A stretch of 64,000 nucleotides of DNA. It comes from Chrysomallon squamiferum. Lineage: Eukaryota; Animalia; Mollusca. A model generated the notes under the pieces. It was given only the letters and a program-made list of their open reading frames with translations, did no database searches and had not been told where the DNA came from. The stretch covers positions 32,488,001-32,552,000 of the forward strand of contig CM022665.1 of NCBI GenBank assembly GCA_012295275.1. The letters are read 5' to 3'. The position numbers and the translations under genes are program-made. Shown here in pieces: positions 47,455 through 61,010 of this stretch (within the stretch, counting starts at the first letter, position 1; each line of letters starts with the position of its first letter).

Positions 47455-49242
47455 CTGTGTATGTATGCGGATACGATAGCAATAACAACAACAGTAGTAA
47501 TGGATCTCGAAATTCTCCAAAAGAATTATCATAGTTAACATTTCTTTATTGTAATTACCAGTTAGATTATCAAACAATAGTAAGTGATTCTGCTTTAAAA
47601 TAACAGTGTAATGTCGTATTCCTTGTGTTTTTTTGGTGTTTTTTTACTACATTATAGTTCAGTCGCCGTATTTAATTTAAATACTATCTTAGTCTAAATA
47701 CGTTTTATGCTACAAATACTTATGATTTGAATTTTGTTTTCCATCCATCCATTTATGCATCCTTCCACTGGTCTATTCATTCGTTTCTATATCTATCTAT
47801 AAGAAATAAACAAAGAAAAGAATATAATCATTCTTTGAATACTACAGTATTACCAGGGGGAAAAAGTGAAGAGGAAAATAATGAAACGAAAAAAAGATCT
47901 AGAACTTCACGCCAAAAGGCATAAAGTATGTCTGAGAAATGTTTTGTGGCAAAGAGTTTGGAACGCCAGAGAAAACAGGAAGAGAAAGTACTAAGGGAGG
48001 TAATGACCCATGACAGATCTCTGCATAAGACATCTAGAAGCTTTGGGTTTGTGCCCAGATCGCCCAAGATGAGATCAGTGTAACACGAACCAAATAAAGA
48101 CCATTTAAAGAGTTGTGCTACACTGCTACAACTTTAGCTTGTTAAACGAAGAGTGTTTCTTTCCTGGGATAGGTTGAAAGAGTCGGAAATCTGTCCTACC
48201 GTATTTAAGCAGTTATTAAAAAGCATGGCCAAGTGCGAATGAAATTATTTTTATGAAACTATTTTATTTTGTCTCATTTTTTTTCTTTTTCCTTTTTTGT
48301 TTGTTTTGTTATTGTTTGTTTTTAATCTCTGTTTTCATCTGTTTCAAAAGTATGTATTTTTTTTAAAATTATTTTTATTGTTGATAAATTTTTCCTTTGT
48401 AATTATAGTGTGAACAGTCAATTACAACAGCAACAGAAACAGTGATAAAAGTAATTATAGTAGTAGTAACTGTTGGTAGTGTGGCTACTGTAGTAATTGT
48501 AATAATAAACAACAGTAATAATTATAGTAATTACAACTTCAACAGCAACAACAACAACAACAACACAGTGTTATCTCATCATAATGTGCATAGTATTTTT
48601 TTTCCTAGAGTCACTAGCATACCAAGGAACGTTGTTTTGCTTCAAATAAGACTACTCTCCCTCTTACTTCACGGGGTGTCGTCCCTGTCCAGCAACACCA
48701 CCACGTTGACACTGAACGCGTTTTATGAGCGTTTCCTCTGTCTAATGAGCCTGCACACTTTATTCATGATGTTTTCATTTCCAAGTCCCCCTGCCGTTAC
48801 AGGCAACGAGTTCCAAGTTCAGAAATAAATCTTTTTCGCGCCGATGATTTTTACGATCACACATCAGAAATAACACCGTGCCGCTTCAGCTGTCTCATCC
48901 CTCTTCACAAGATTTTATTGCTTGGATTTAAAAAACAGAAGATGAAAAAAGTCATGTGTTAAGACTATGAAATTACTGTGTTTATTCTTCTTCTTTTTAT
49001 TTTTATTCTTCTTATTATTATTGTTAGTTATTTTTACTACAGTTGTTATTATTATTACTGCTACTACTACCGTTATTAGCATTAGTATTAGTATTTTCTT
49101 TCTGCTTTTAATTTATTTATTTTCTTTTGCGATTATTTTTTCTACTCGTCAAAAGATTTTAATGTCCATTATTAAAAGAAAAATAGGATATTGGTTAACC
49201 GTTAAAAGCCGAAACAAACGACCGGAAGGGTGGAGTCTTTTA

Positions 49243-49443
49243 TAGCGCCCCCTGATGGTCGTTATGCGTTTGGGGCTTAGTTAACTGTTCAAGGCTAACA
49301 TACTTTCTACTTTGCTTGTTATCTGGTACAAGTTAGGCAATAAAACCAGAAATCGAGGACGTCACACAGTTTATAGTCTGACCATGCTGTTTTACTCTAC
49401 GTTGTGTCGAGTGATCTTAATCCGTGACGCCATCTAGCGGTCA
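49243..49443. promoter_or_regulatory. Pair of same-orientation CTCF-like motifs
   Basis: TAGCGCCCCCTGATGGTC (49243-49260) and TGACGCCATCTAGCGGTCA (49425-49443) both resemble the CTCF consensus (A/T)GCGCC(A/C)(C/T)CT(A/G)(G/C)TGG. An ETS motif ACCGGAAG lies at 49221. Confidence 0.5.
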
Positions 49444-49907
49444 TGTAGTGTTACTAAGGGCTGGTGACTGAGCAAAGAGTTCAGTACACAGGTAACAGAT
49501 CTTTCGAAAATATCAAATGGTATAATAAAAATGTAATATAAAACTGTTTGCGTTAATGTCTTAGTTTCACACGTGGCCAGTTTTTGGGATATATTTTCAT
49601 TTTCCAGTTGTTTTGATTCAGTATGATACATCTATAAATAATAATAATAACAACAACAACAATGCCAAAAACAACAATAATAATATAGAAACTTGAGATA
49701 TATATGCGTATATTTTTATATTATTAAACTCTTTTATTTTTATTGTGGGTAATTCTGTAGAATTCTTGGTTCAGGAGGTTCAAGTTAAATCTGAAGTTAA
49801 AAAGGTTATTAGGTCTATAAATATTTTAATTTATTTTAATAGCCAAATGCAAATATTGCTAAGATTTAAGATCTTTCCTACAACAGTGTTAACACATAAA
49901 GGCATTC

Positions 49908-49910
<3 letters not shown>

Positions 49911-49977
<67 letters not shown>
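49911..49977. repeat. (GA)n microsatellite
   Basis: Directly visible. Confidence 0.95.
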
Positions 49978-49980
<3 letters not shown>

Positions 49981-52900
49981 AAACATTCAAAGATAAAGCA
50001 GACCCATGGGCGTCACATCTTTCGTCAACCTACTTGTCTGCTGCAGTAGCATTCTTTTTTATGTCGTCATTCCATTAGTGCAGTTAGTTCAATGTATAAT
50101 TAATACAAGTTGAAATTCAGTGCAACATGTGAACACGATGTGACATGTGGCAGTTTTGACAACAATACACTCCAACTGTTGCTGTTACCAACCTCTAAAG
50201 AGAGACAACTACATTTGCACAATTATAATTAACGATGGTCTACGATCATAAATACGACCAATTGACAGTCAAATCACTCCTGGACGAACGCCATTATGGA
50301 CAAGGTGACCTCCGTTTGCATATTACGGCACGGCTCCGTACAAAACCACACAAATGCGTGTCGCATTTTATTGGTCAGAATGGGATGGAAATAGCACGTA
50401 TTAAACTGGACTGCGGTTACTGTGTAATTGACAAAGATTTTAGCCAGCTGCGTCATGACTGTCCCTCATGTCGATGGTGTCTAAAGTATGAATAAAATTT
50501 CAGTATTACCAGCAGAATAGCATAAATAAATATTTATTTTTCCTTGCTGTTTATATAGAGACAGATGGCCGGTCGGACGAACAAAAAGACAAGCAGGCAT
50601 TAATATAGATAAATACTGCATTACATATATTAAATATATAGGATGTACATACGTGTTTTTGTGCATGTATGTGTTTGTTGTGTGTGTGTGTTCTCAGAGT
50701 TTGAAATTAAAGAAGTAAATAATGGATTTCGTAGACCAGCTTAATTAAACCTAGAAAAAAAACCCAAAACAGTTTAAACAAATTTTAATTTATAACTAAT
50801 TTTCACAAACTTTCACTAAAGCGACAGTTGCTTAAAGTTGAACTAGATGTTGGGATCAAGTGCTAAAATAATCGTTCTATGTTAAGTATATCCGGTTATT
50901 CTGCAATACCTATATGTATGTCCAGTTCCCGAGCACACTGTGACGGAAATGTCTGGATTTAGTGAGATAAAACCTTTCTCATCCAGCCCAGAGTCAAAAC
51001 AATGTACGACTTAACATCCCAGAGTTGGTAGAAAGTTGTAAATTAAAAACTGTTTGAATACTGTAAATAATTGTAACGTTCTTTTATATCTATTTAACAG
51101 TTTATGACCTTGTATTCGCTTCGCACACAGCTTTCCATTTGTAGTTAATACATCCCCCCCAGCCCAAGTTCCTCTGTAACCTGGTAAAATGTGCTGGGGA
51201 ATGTTTTCCCATGTTATACAAAACGAAATAAAAAAGCTAATTGTAATTAATTTTTCAACATAAAGTAAGCAGATATGGTGAATGTTCTTCTTATTATTAT
51301 TGTCATTGCTATTGTTATTCTTATTATTAGTAGTAGCAGTGTTATTGTTATTGTTTTTATTATTGTTATTGGTGCTGTTATTATTAGTATAGGATAATGG
51401 AATGTTATATTTGACGCTAGTCTGTTGCGAGAACTCTAGACATAAGAACATTTAAAAATCAAAATGAATCAATAAATGAAACCATTGTTATATATAGTTT
51501 AATGTAATAATATTATAATATATAGCAGCATAGAATAACAACATAACATGACATGATATATAGTATAATGTAATATAATGTAATGTAATGTAATATAATA
51601 TAATATAATATATGATACGATATGATATAACATAACAACAACAACAACAACTAAATAATAATAATGACAATAATAATCGAAATCATAGCATAATAAATAC
51701 TTTACTTTTGCACACATCTGAAGTTAGTTTTCTGTATTGATATATTCTGTGTTTCTATAACTGTTTGACTAAATTATTACGCATAAGTATTTTCTTAGAC
51801 TGTGAAATTCAAGGCATCTATTGCAGCTGTTATTTAACATTTTCAAATGATCATTCGAATAATAATTTTAAAAAAAGAAAATGTTTTTTTTGGCATTGCA
51901 TAAATTTTATTTTAGTTTGTTTCAGCTGTGTTCTTTTCTTATTCTTTTCTTCGAATTAAAAGAGAATGTTAATATTCTTTTTAAATTCTAAACTCTTTAT
52001 ATTTAATTTTTTTTTCTTCTAGAAGTTTTATTCTCGAGTTAGATATGATCATAAAAGAAGAAAGAAAGAAATAAAAAAGAAAGATAGAAAAGAAAAAAGT
52101 AATCGACCTCGTCTCGGAGTTAATATCGTAACTTACACTGTAACAAATTGAAGGTCCTATCGTCTGCTTCTGCAACATCCTGCAGACGACAAGCCTCGCT
52201 TTGATCTTTGAGTTATGTCCTTCAGTATGTCCACGAGAATTGTGTTTGGGCTTTATGTCTCAAAAGATAAAGCAATAAACACTGTATGCGTCTTTTATCC
52301 AAAGATTTTAATGTAAAAATCGATCTTATTGCATCATATTTACTGTGGTAATAAAAACGAGACGACCTTGTTATCAGTATTCTTTGGTAATTATTCCACT
52401 GAATGTGTGGATCGCTAGTGAGGCGAGGAAAATGAAGAAATGCTCACAAGTCTTCTTAATTCTTAATTCGCTTGATGCAGCTTTTGGGGATAGAGGCTAC
52501 TCGCAAATTATTATTATTATTATTAGTTTCTTTCTTTCTTTTTTTTCCTTTGTTATTCCCTTTCCTTTTTAATATTTTTATTTTTGTTTTACTTCAAAAG
52601 TTTTGTCTTTGTGAAAAGTTTATTTCTTTATATTAATTATTATTATTATAATTATTATCATCATTATAATCATCATTATCATTAACAGAAATAGCATTAG
52701 TAGTAGTAGTTGTACTTTTTTTTTTTGCTATGATTTTTGCTATATCGTTTTCAAATTTTTGTCATTAGCTTTGTTTTAAATTATGTTCTACATCCATCTT
52801 GTGATTGGTGCGTGTTGTTTGGTGGGGGGGGGCTTCTGTTTTTTGTCTTTAAAAATGCCTTGTAACTGTTAATATTGTCTAATATCCATTACCGTTTGCT

Positions 52901-53480
52901 GTACCAGAGGGGCGAACTTATGACCGCCCCATTTAAATTAATTTTTTTCCCCAATTTTATTATTTTATTTTTTCTTTGAGTTCGATTTGTTCTTTCTTTT
53001 TTATAATGAAACTCATTTGATCTTCAAAGTTTTATCCAACACAATTATGGCGCCACCCTCCTTTTTTTTTTTTTTTTTTTTTTTTTTTTCCTAAAATCTT
53101 GGTTCTGCCCCTTTTACATTTATATAAACAACATAAAGAAAACTACATGTAATTAATTTTCACTATTACACAGATCTGCACATTAACTGGGATGAAAAGG
53201 GTTTTATGTTGTTTATTAATTCTAGCACAACATCACGAATATTACCTAGTTCTGCTAAATCCATTGCCATGGCGCCGGTTAATACGTTATTAAGAATGTT
53301 ATCACCCACAGCTTTCGTCTGCAGCTGTTTTTATATTATTTGTTCTTCATTTTATATATAAACTTTTATAAACCAAAGTTTTCCTTCAGCCTTTCTGTGA
53401 AGGCTGTAATGGCAACAACATTAGCAACAGCAGCGACGACAGTAATACTTTTTAATGATAATCCTGCTGTTCATTATTGA

Positions 53481-53534
<54 letters not shown>

Positions 53535-53697
53535 ACAAAAACCGAAACATTATTCTTTGGTGTTTTATACTTCCCATTTGCAATTTTGGAATATCAATAA
53601 TTATTACTAGATAGTAATTAATTAGATCTATTTATGGTTTCTTTTTGCTTTTCCTCTCGTTCCTGCTCGTGGATGAATGACATTAATCTTAATTACG

Positions 53698-53699
<2 letters not shown>

Positions 53700-53780
<81 letters not shown>
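53700..53780. repeat. (CT)n microsatellite
   Basis: Directly visible. Similar runs occur at 55383-55417 and 59103-59178. Confidence 0.95.
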
Positions 53781-55378
53781 TTATTTTAAGAACTACGCAC
53801 GTTTTAACACTGTTAAGCTGCTTCGAGCAGTATGCATATCTGACAACGATTCAGCTACGTTGCACTATATTAACACGACCTCTGCCGACCTTCGATCGAT
53901 ACTTCAAGTTTGACTAAGGGATTAAGAAATGGATTAGCGCATTGTGTGTGGTTCATGTCTAAAAACAAAACACCTTGGCACGATACCGTCAAGCCGACAC
54001 TGTTTCCCAAAAAGAACGAAAATACGTGTTTGTTTTAATTTTAAAACTATCATGCAATGTCCGTCGACTACTTCCGGTGCGTAAGAAATTTCGTGCGCGG
54101 TCTTTTGAAGTCTCGATAGTTCGGTATGTACTGTTACACTCTTCTCGGCACGTATGCTGCAGTCCTCGTCCCCGGTTGTCGAAGGAAAACGAGACTTTTC
54201 CTTTGTAATTTCTATTTGCCAAACACATCTACGTTAGTCTTTTAAAGTGACATTTGTAGTTTACCTCCATTTTTCGCTGCTACTTGTATGTAGACATCAA
54301 GGGCATTACGTTAATAAGCTCTTTTGGCACCTTAGTTTACTTGACAAAGATGTTTAAGATCTTTCACTTTCTCATCTTCTGACATTGTTGTAGTAGGTAA
54401 AGCACTCAAGCTACTTGCTCATAAGCTATTTACACTTCCTTTTTTAGACTGATCTCATCATGTGACCTCCACGATGACATTATGGGTACAAAAGTTTAAA
54501 CCACTGAATATAAAACTGATGTCTAACAGCAAAAATTAAAGTCTACTCGATATAGTTTACCTTTGGTAGTACGAATAAATAACCTACATATATTTTGTGC
54601 ACTTCAAATTAGCTGAACACTCAGAATATCTCAGTGTTTTCTGACGTCATTTCGTATGTAGTAACGTAGGAAAGCAATCCAAGAAAAAGCGTTGTATTAA
54701 TTATTTGTTTTGTTGTTGGTGATGATAAATTATTCTGCACGATAAGATTAAATGTCAAATATATTTTAATTTTACAAATGCAAGAATATTTGTTATTTAT
54801 TTATAAAGAATGTGTATATGTCTGTGTGCGTCTGTGTGTGTTGACAGATAGAAAGATACAGACAGATTACTCACCGCAGATATTTTTCACTTCTAATACT
54901 TAAATTGATTTTTTTCTTCTTCCTGTTATCATTACTTAATTATTATTATTAGTAGTAGTAGTAACAGCAGCATAGGCAGTAATAATATTAGCATTATTAT
55001 TATTAGCATTAAATTTCAAATTTGCACAATGTAATTTCATACCAGAACAAAACGTCTCTATCTGGAAATTAAGTATCATATCAGTTTGTCAACTCAAGTG
55101 TGATAATACAAATGTAAACACGAATGAACATGTGACCTCTATTAGCATGGCAGGTCCACATTTGTGCTAAAATGTGTATCAAAGATATTCTCTGAATTTC
55201 TTGGTAAATACGTTCATTATTTTTCAGCATGGATTCTAAAATCAGTGTTCCATCTTTTTAGTTTAATTTAAATGAGATTATTAGAGACAAACACTCTCAT
55301 GGACATGAACTTCTAAACCATGCGGTCACGCTGTTGGTAAAACTGTTTCCATAGCCAAGTCCCGGAAGACGCCAATAA

Positions 55379-55420
<42 letters not shown>

Positions 55421-57675
55421 CTGGAAAGCTCATCATCATATACAGTAATAATGTAGATAGCGATACCGCAGCCGATGTTTCATGTAAATGTTTGTTTCGC
55501 TCGGCGTTAATGCGGCTTTGGCGTTGCTTTTCATATTTCGTGTATTGAGTAAATAGTTATAAAGATCGGCTGACGCTTTCATCTTGAAACGAAATCGAAA
55601 TATTAGTAAAAATTATGGCGTCCATAAAGATGTTTTCGCCGCGCGTGCTCACTTTGTAGCGCACAAACGTAAAGCCAATTCCAGCGACAATAATCAGTGA
55701 ATTCGTTATTGATGTGAGGAAAACATAGATACACAGAACACACTCACAGACAATATATGGATCATGTTTTCAGCTTTGTTCAATGATATTCTTCAGGAAA
55801 AAAAAAAAGTAACGAGCAAATATCTTGCCATTAAGCAGATTGAAAGCACGTTACACGCTTTATTCTCACTATAAAATTAAGAAGGAAAAAGGTGAAAGAT
55901 ATAATTTAATTATGATTTTTTTTTTAAAACTCACGAAATTTTAATTTTAATTTTTTTTTTTTTAAATATTTCAAAATAATGTTTTATGTCTTGTTATATT
56001 TCAAGGCACGACAATAGCTTTTGTTCCTTGTGGTTGCATGTGTATTGAAATGAATTTTTTTTTTTTTTTTTTTTTAAATTAAAGATATGTAAACAAATTG
56101 GAATATAAAGTAAAAATAGAAATAAAGAAAATGAATAAATGCTTATAAATGATTATAGCCTTCTGCTTCACTTTTCTTTCTTCTGCCGAACCTATACTCT
56201 TTTTCTTTTTTTAATTATTATATTTATTTTTGGTATTTATATGTATTTATTTAATTATTTTAAATCTGCAATTTTAAATATATAAAATAATAGGCACACA
56301 CAAACAAAAATAAATCCATAAACACGCGCATGGTATTATATTCTATTTTATAAATGATTATTTTACTGCAGATGTCCGTAAAAATTCTGTCATGTTGACT
56401 GTTTTGGATAAAAAGTATTCTGTTTGGGGAAAACCAACACAGTTTAACTAATTTAAATCAAATGTGATGAGATTGTTTCTGTTATTTATTTATTTATTTG
56501 TTTGTTTGTTTATTTCGTTTTTGCTTTCTTTGTCTTTTCCTGATTTGATTTTCTTCATTATTTATCTCTTGTTTCTTGTTTTCCAAGAAACTTTCTTTTC
56601 ATTTTTTGTTGTTGTTTACTTTTTTTCATATTATTTATTTAATTTAGTATGTGTTTTTTGTTGGTTTTTTTTTTTTTAAATTTTATTCATTTATTTACTT
56701 ATTTATTTATCTGACTGTTTGCTTCATTAAGTTTTTTTTTATTAATTTAATTCTTGCTTCTCTCTTATTTTCTTCATTATATTTCTTGGTTGTTTTTATT
56801 TTTTTTTATTTTTTTTTCAGTCATTTTATTTTTTTAATTCTTTTATTTCTTCTTCTTCTTCTTTTTCTTGTTTCGTATCTTTTTCCATTCTTTCTTTTCA
56901 AATCTGTGTTGAGCGGACTATAGCTTATCACCTATGACGTAGGATTAATCCGTCAGTCCACACAGTGCCGTGCATCGACTCCTTCTCTGACTAAGGAAGG
57001 CACGTGAATATTTTATGTTTTAAATCATTTTTTATACAAAAGTTTTAATAATCATAAATGTAGAAAATGCCTGCTTCTAATTAATAAAGCGTAGACCTTG
57101 GAGTACAATTTCATTATATATATTAAAAATATTTGCCTCTTCCATTTATCTTCATTGTTTTCCCCTCTTTTCTCAAACACGCGTTTGTATTTCTTCAGTT
57201 TTCATATTCTTTTATTAAATGTAACTTTAAGAAGGATATAAGCCAGACGAATTATCTCAACCATCCATAACACGTAATTTTACAACCCTGTGTGATACAA
57301 AATTAGCTGACGACAGCGTTCAGAATAAAGAAGAAAAAAGATTTCCCTCTATCAACCAACAGATGAAAACACATTCCCCCTCCTTAGAACTTCTTTGATG
57401 TGTTCACTAACAATAATTTTATGGCGATTCAAACGAAGCTAGATCATGACTATCTATAATTAAGTATTTCGGGATTACAGACTGGAGTGCTGGACTCACG
57501 CTTTGAGTCTGTTAGTTGTGTAACTGGCATCACAGGGACTGAACATGTACATCATTGCGCTAACAAAACCCTTAGCTTTCTAAGTAATAATTCTGCCAGA
57601 GAAGTCCTTTTTGTTGTTGTTGTTTATAGATACAAGGAAAGCTATAAATAATATTTCTTACATGTAAATTGATCC

Positions 57676-58030
57676 CATTAGATTTGTAATGGATTAAAGG
57701 TAGTTGGTTCGTTTATCATCTAAAAGCCCAGATGTATTTTATGAAGATTTATAAAAGGATTATTTTACGTTAAAACATTATTCTTCCGTCGTCATCTATG
57801 CTACTGTAATCAGATCGGCACTTACTATGGACTTTATTGCACAAGAGTGTTATCCCTGTGGGTATTAAATTTGTAATAAAGGTAGTCAGTTCGTTTATCA
57901 TGCGAATACTCAAGCGTGTTTTATGAAAGTTTATAAAAGAGTATTTATGTCTGATTCATTATGCGTTGCTAAATTATTGGCTCACGACTACTAATGTTTT
58001 CAGATGGGCACTTAACATGGACTTTGATCC
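57676..58030. repeat. Old diverged tandem duplication of ~185 bp
   Basis: Colinear shared blocks atttgtaat, aaaggtagt, gttcgtttatcat, ttttatgaa, ttataaaag and tcagat(c/g)ggcactta..atggacttt appear in two copies (~57676-57845 and ~57863-58030). Confidence 0.75.
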
Positions 58031-59096
58031 CTAGATGTAAATTTTTCCAGTGACCTTTTGCAATACATACTGCAGACGTTAAAATACCAGTTGTGATTAA
58101 CTGTCTTGCTAAAGTGAAGTTTTGAGTACTATACTATAGTGCTATACTGTTAAATTCTCGGTAACAGTCTTTAGTAATAAAAAATATATATCGATAATTA
58201 ATACAACAAGTGGATGATGATGCATGTAAGTTCTTTTTTGTTCTTTATTTCATTTAGCTCATAAATATTTTAAAATCTCTAACAGACTGAACAAACTTTA
58301 ATTTTACAATAAATTTACTAAGTAAGAAAAGATGAGATGAAAATAAGGCAGTTAACATTACAATATCCTAAAAGAAATATAAAATTATTCTTTTCACTGA
58401 AAGTACATTCAGATTCTTTCTCTTGGGCATTCTGCTCTACCCCTGGATGAACCTTTGCACGAACATTTTATTGTTGTTGTTATTATTGTAGTATTTTGTT
58501 TTATTATTTGTTATGTATTAATATTTTAAAAGAAAAACCAGATATGCAATTTATGGAATCATTATTTTTCATCATAAGTTCTCAGTTTATATTACTTCCT
58601 ATTTCAAATCCACTCCACCCCAGCAAAAACAGTTCTATCCTTTCTAAGAGTAATGGTGTTCATTACAAAGGGAAATTTAATTTCTGTCAGAGTGCTTATT
58701 GAAAATTTCAGCCACGTAACGGACTCAGATTAAATTTAGTTCTTATACATTCTACTTAGGTTCTTTCTTCGTCTTCACTTTTAACTTTTTCGCAATCTTG
58801 ATTCCATTTCGATGTTACTTGTTTTATCTCTTGTGTTCTAATACGTTCAAAACGCCTTTAGTGGACACCATTTTTTTAAAATAGTTAAAACAAAACAATA
58901 AGAAGAAATGAAACTACAAAGATGATTATTATGACGAAAATAAAAATACTAATAGTAATAGATGAAGATGATGGTGGTGGTGGTGGTGGTGATGATGATG
59001 ATGATGATGATGATGATGTTGATGATGATGATAATAAAGACGTTAATTACAATAGTAATAATAACATAAACAACAACAACAACAACTGCTATCTTC

Positions 59097-59181
<85 letters not shown>

Positions 59182-59635
59182 TCATTCTTTTACACAACAT
59201 GACCTTGTTGATTTAGCCACCGTGTCAACAGATGTAATGCTATGAATGGTTTGTCGTCGTTACAGATGCTGATTAACGCTGCAATGTCTAGGCGAGACCA
59301 AACATTGCAGTGAGTTCCGCCTTCCTCGCAAAAATGTGTACTACGCCTTGGAGTGTAATCGTTGTTACAAACCTTGCAGTCTTTATCACCAACAACTGTA
59401 CGCGTCTTGCGAACAAATAAAAAATCGTTAATTTACTATATGGAATAACTTTTTTTTTTCTTTTTTTCTCGGAATACTCTAATTGAAGACCAAAACTAAG
59501 AAAAGTAAATTATATGAACATTTGTTTCATAATGTATTTAAAATATGGGATTCGGAGGAAAATACCGAAAGATAAAAAGATAAAAAGAGAGCAAGCATAT
59601 ACACAGAAATCGTTTTGTTCATAGTCGGTGTGGAG

Positions 59636-59776
<141 letters not shown>

Positions 59777-60819
59777 CCCATGCTTTATTACATTAATTTA
59801 AATCATTTATTAGATTAAACTACCAATTATTCTTTATTTCTGTTTAGATCACGCTTTACCGTAAAAAAACCCAATATCTATATATATATATATATATATA
59901 ATAAATCAAACAACAATTAAACTTTCACAAGTTACTTGTTGTAATCGTTGTCTAAATGTCTGGAACTAAAACAAGAGGTCCAAAGATATAAAACAATGGA
60001 TTAGTTCACTCTGCTGTGTTTTTTTATTCTTCTCGAACAAAAGCAAATATGCATGCATATCTACTTCAACTGCACACTTCTCTTCAGACAGTTTCAAACC
60101 TCTGTAACAATATTGAAGGATACGTCATTTCAAACAGCCAAATACTTTGTTTATGCAAGCTTTGCTGGCCTTGTTTGCAAACATGCCCATGTCGGCGTAT
60201 GCTACCATGATCTGATTGTTTAGATGACATTCTTGGCCATCCTCGGTCGGAGATGAAGAGGGAAGTATTTTGGTATCCCAGCATACCTTGCGCATAGACA
60301 CGTGCAGAATGCTAAGTTGTGTCGAAGTCTGTGATCTCAAACGTAAACGGTGGTGTCCAAAATACACATTTGTGTGTTTGTTTCCATATCACGACAAATG
60401 CACGGATCACAGAGGATTAAAAGAAATGCAAAAACATTTTGGTAGAAAAGGGTGATTAATCCTATCTTTGTTTTTCGTTTTTGCCGTATCTTTTCTTTTC
60501 CTTTTTTTCTTTTTTTTTTTCTTCTTTTTTTTCTTAGTGTTTTATGGGTTTGTTTTGCTCGTTTATTTTTGTTTTTCTTTCTGTTGCAGAAAGACAGAGG
60601 TATACAGATTTCAAATAATATTTTGTTAAAACATCTAAATGCTTACACAACATAATATAGCTGTTTCGTAATCAAGTGAAGCCGATTCTGCTTGTATAAA
60701 TTAGTTTCTATATTCAAAACAGCGAACTGTTTTATATTAGCTATGAAATCATAAAGAATCTGTACAAATTATTAAATTATTTGTGAATTTAATTTTCGGA
60801 TGCACGCGCTACGGTCTCT

Positions 60820-61010
60820 TTCCCATTCTTACCAATGCCCACAAGTTATTTATCACGTTGTGGGTGTTCTAACAGAACTGCTTAAAAGGTCCACTGTTGC
60901 TAATCGATAAGAGAATCCAGTATGAGATGCATGTTTCCTCTCCAGTGTCTTTCTTATGCAAAAACTATATTAATAAATAAACGTGTCGATGTGCAGCTAA
61001 ACAAATATTT
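60820..61010 (+). mobile_element. Degraded SINE body (MetaSINE-like central domain)
   Basis: The stretch taaaaggtccactgttgctaatcgataagag...gtttcctctc...taataaataaacgtgtcgatgtgcagctaaacaaa resembles the Meta domain (cccttgctgctaatcgaaaagagtagccca...gggtttcctctc) and the 3' tail seen in gastropod SINEs. This is from recall, not alignment. Confidence 0.45.

Noticed and set aside
52903-53113. Small Harbinger-type MITE (aggggcg...ctgcccct ends)
   Set aside because: The inverted termini are too short and degraded and there is no clear TSD, so it cannot be supported.
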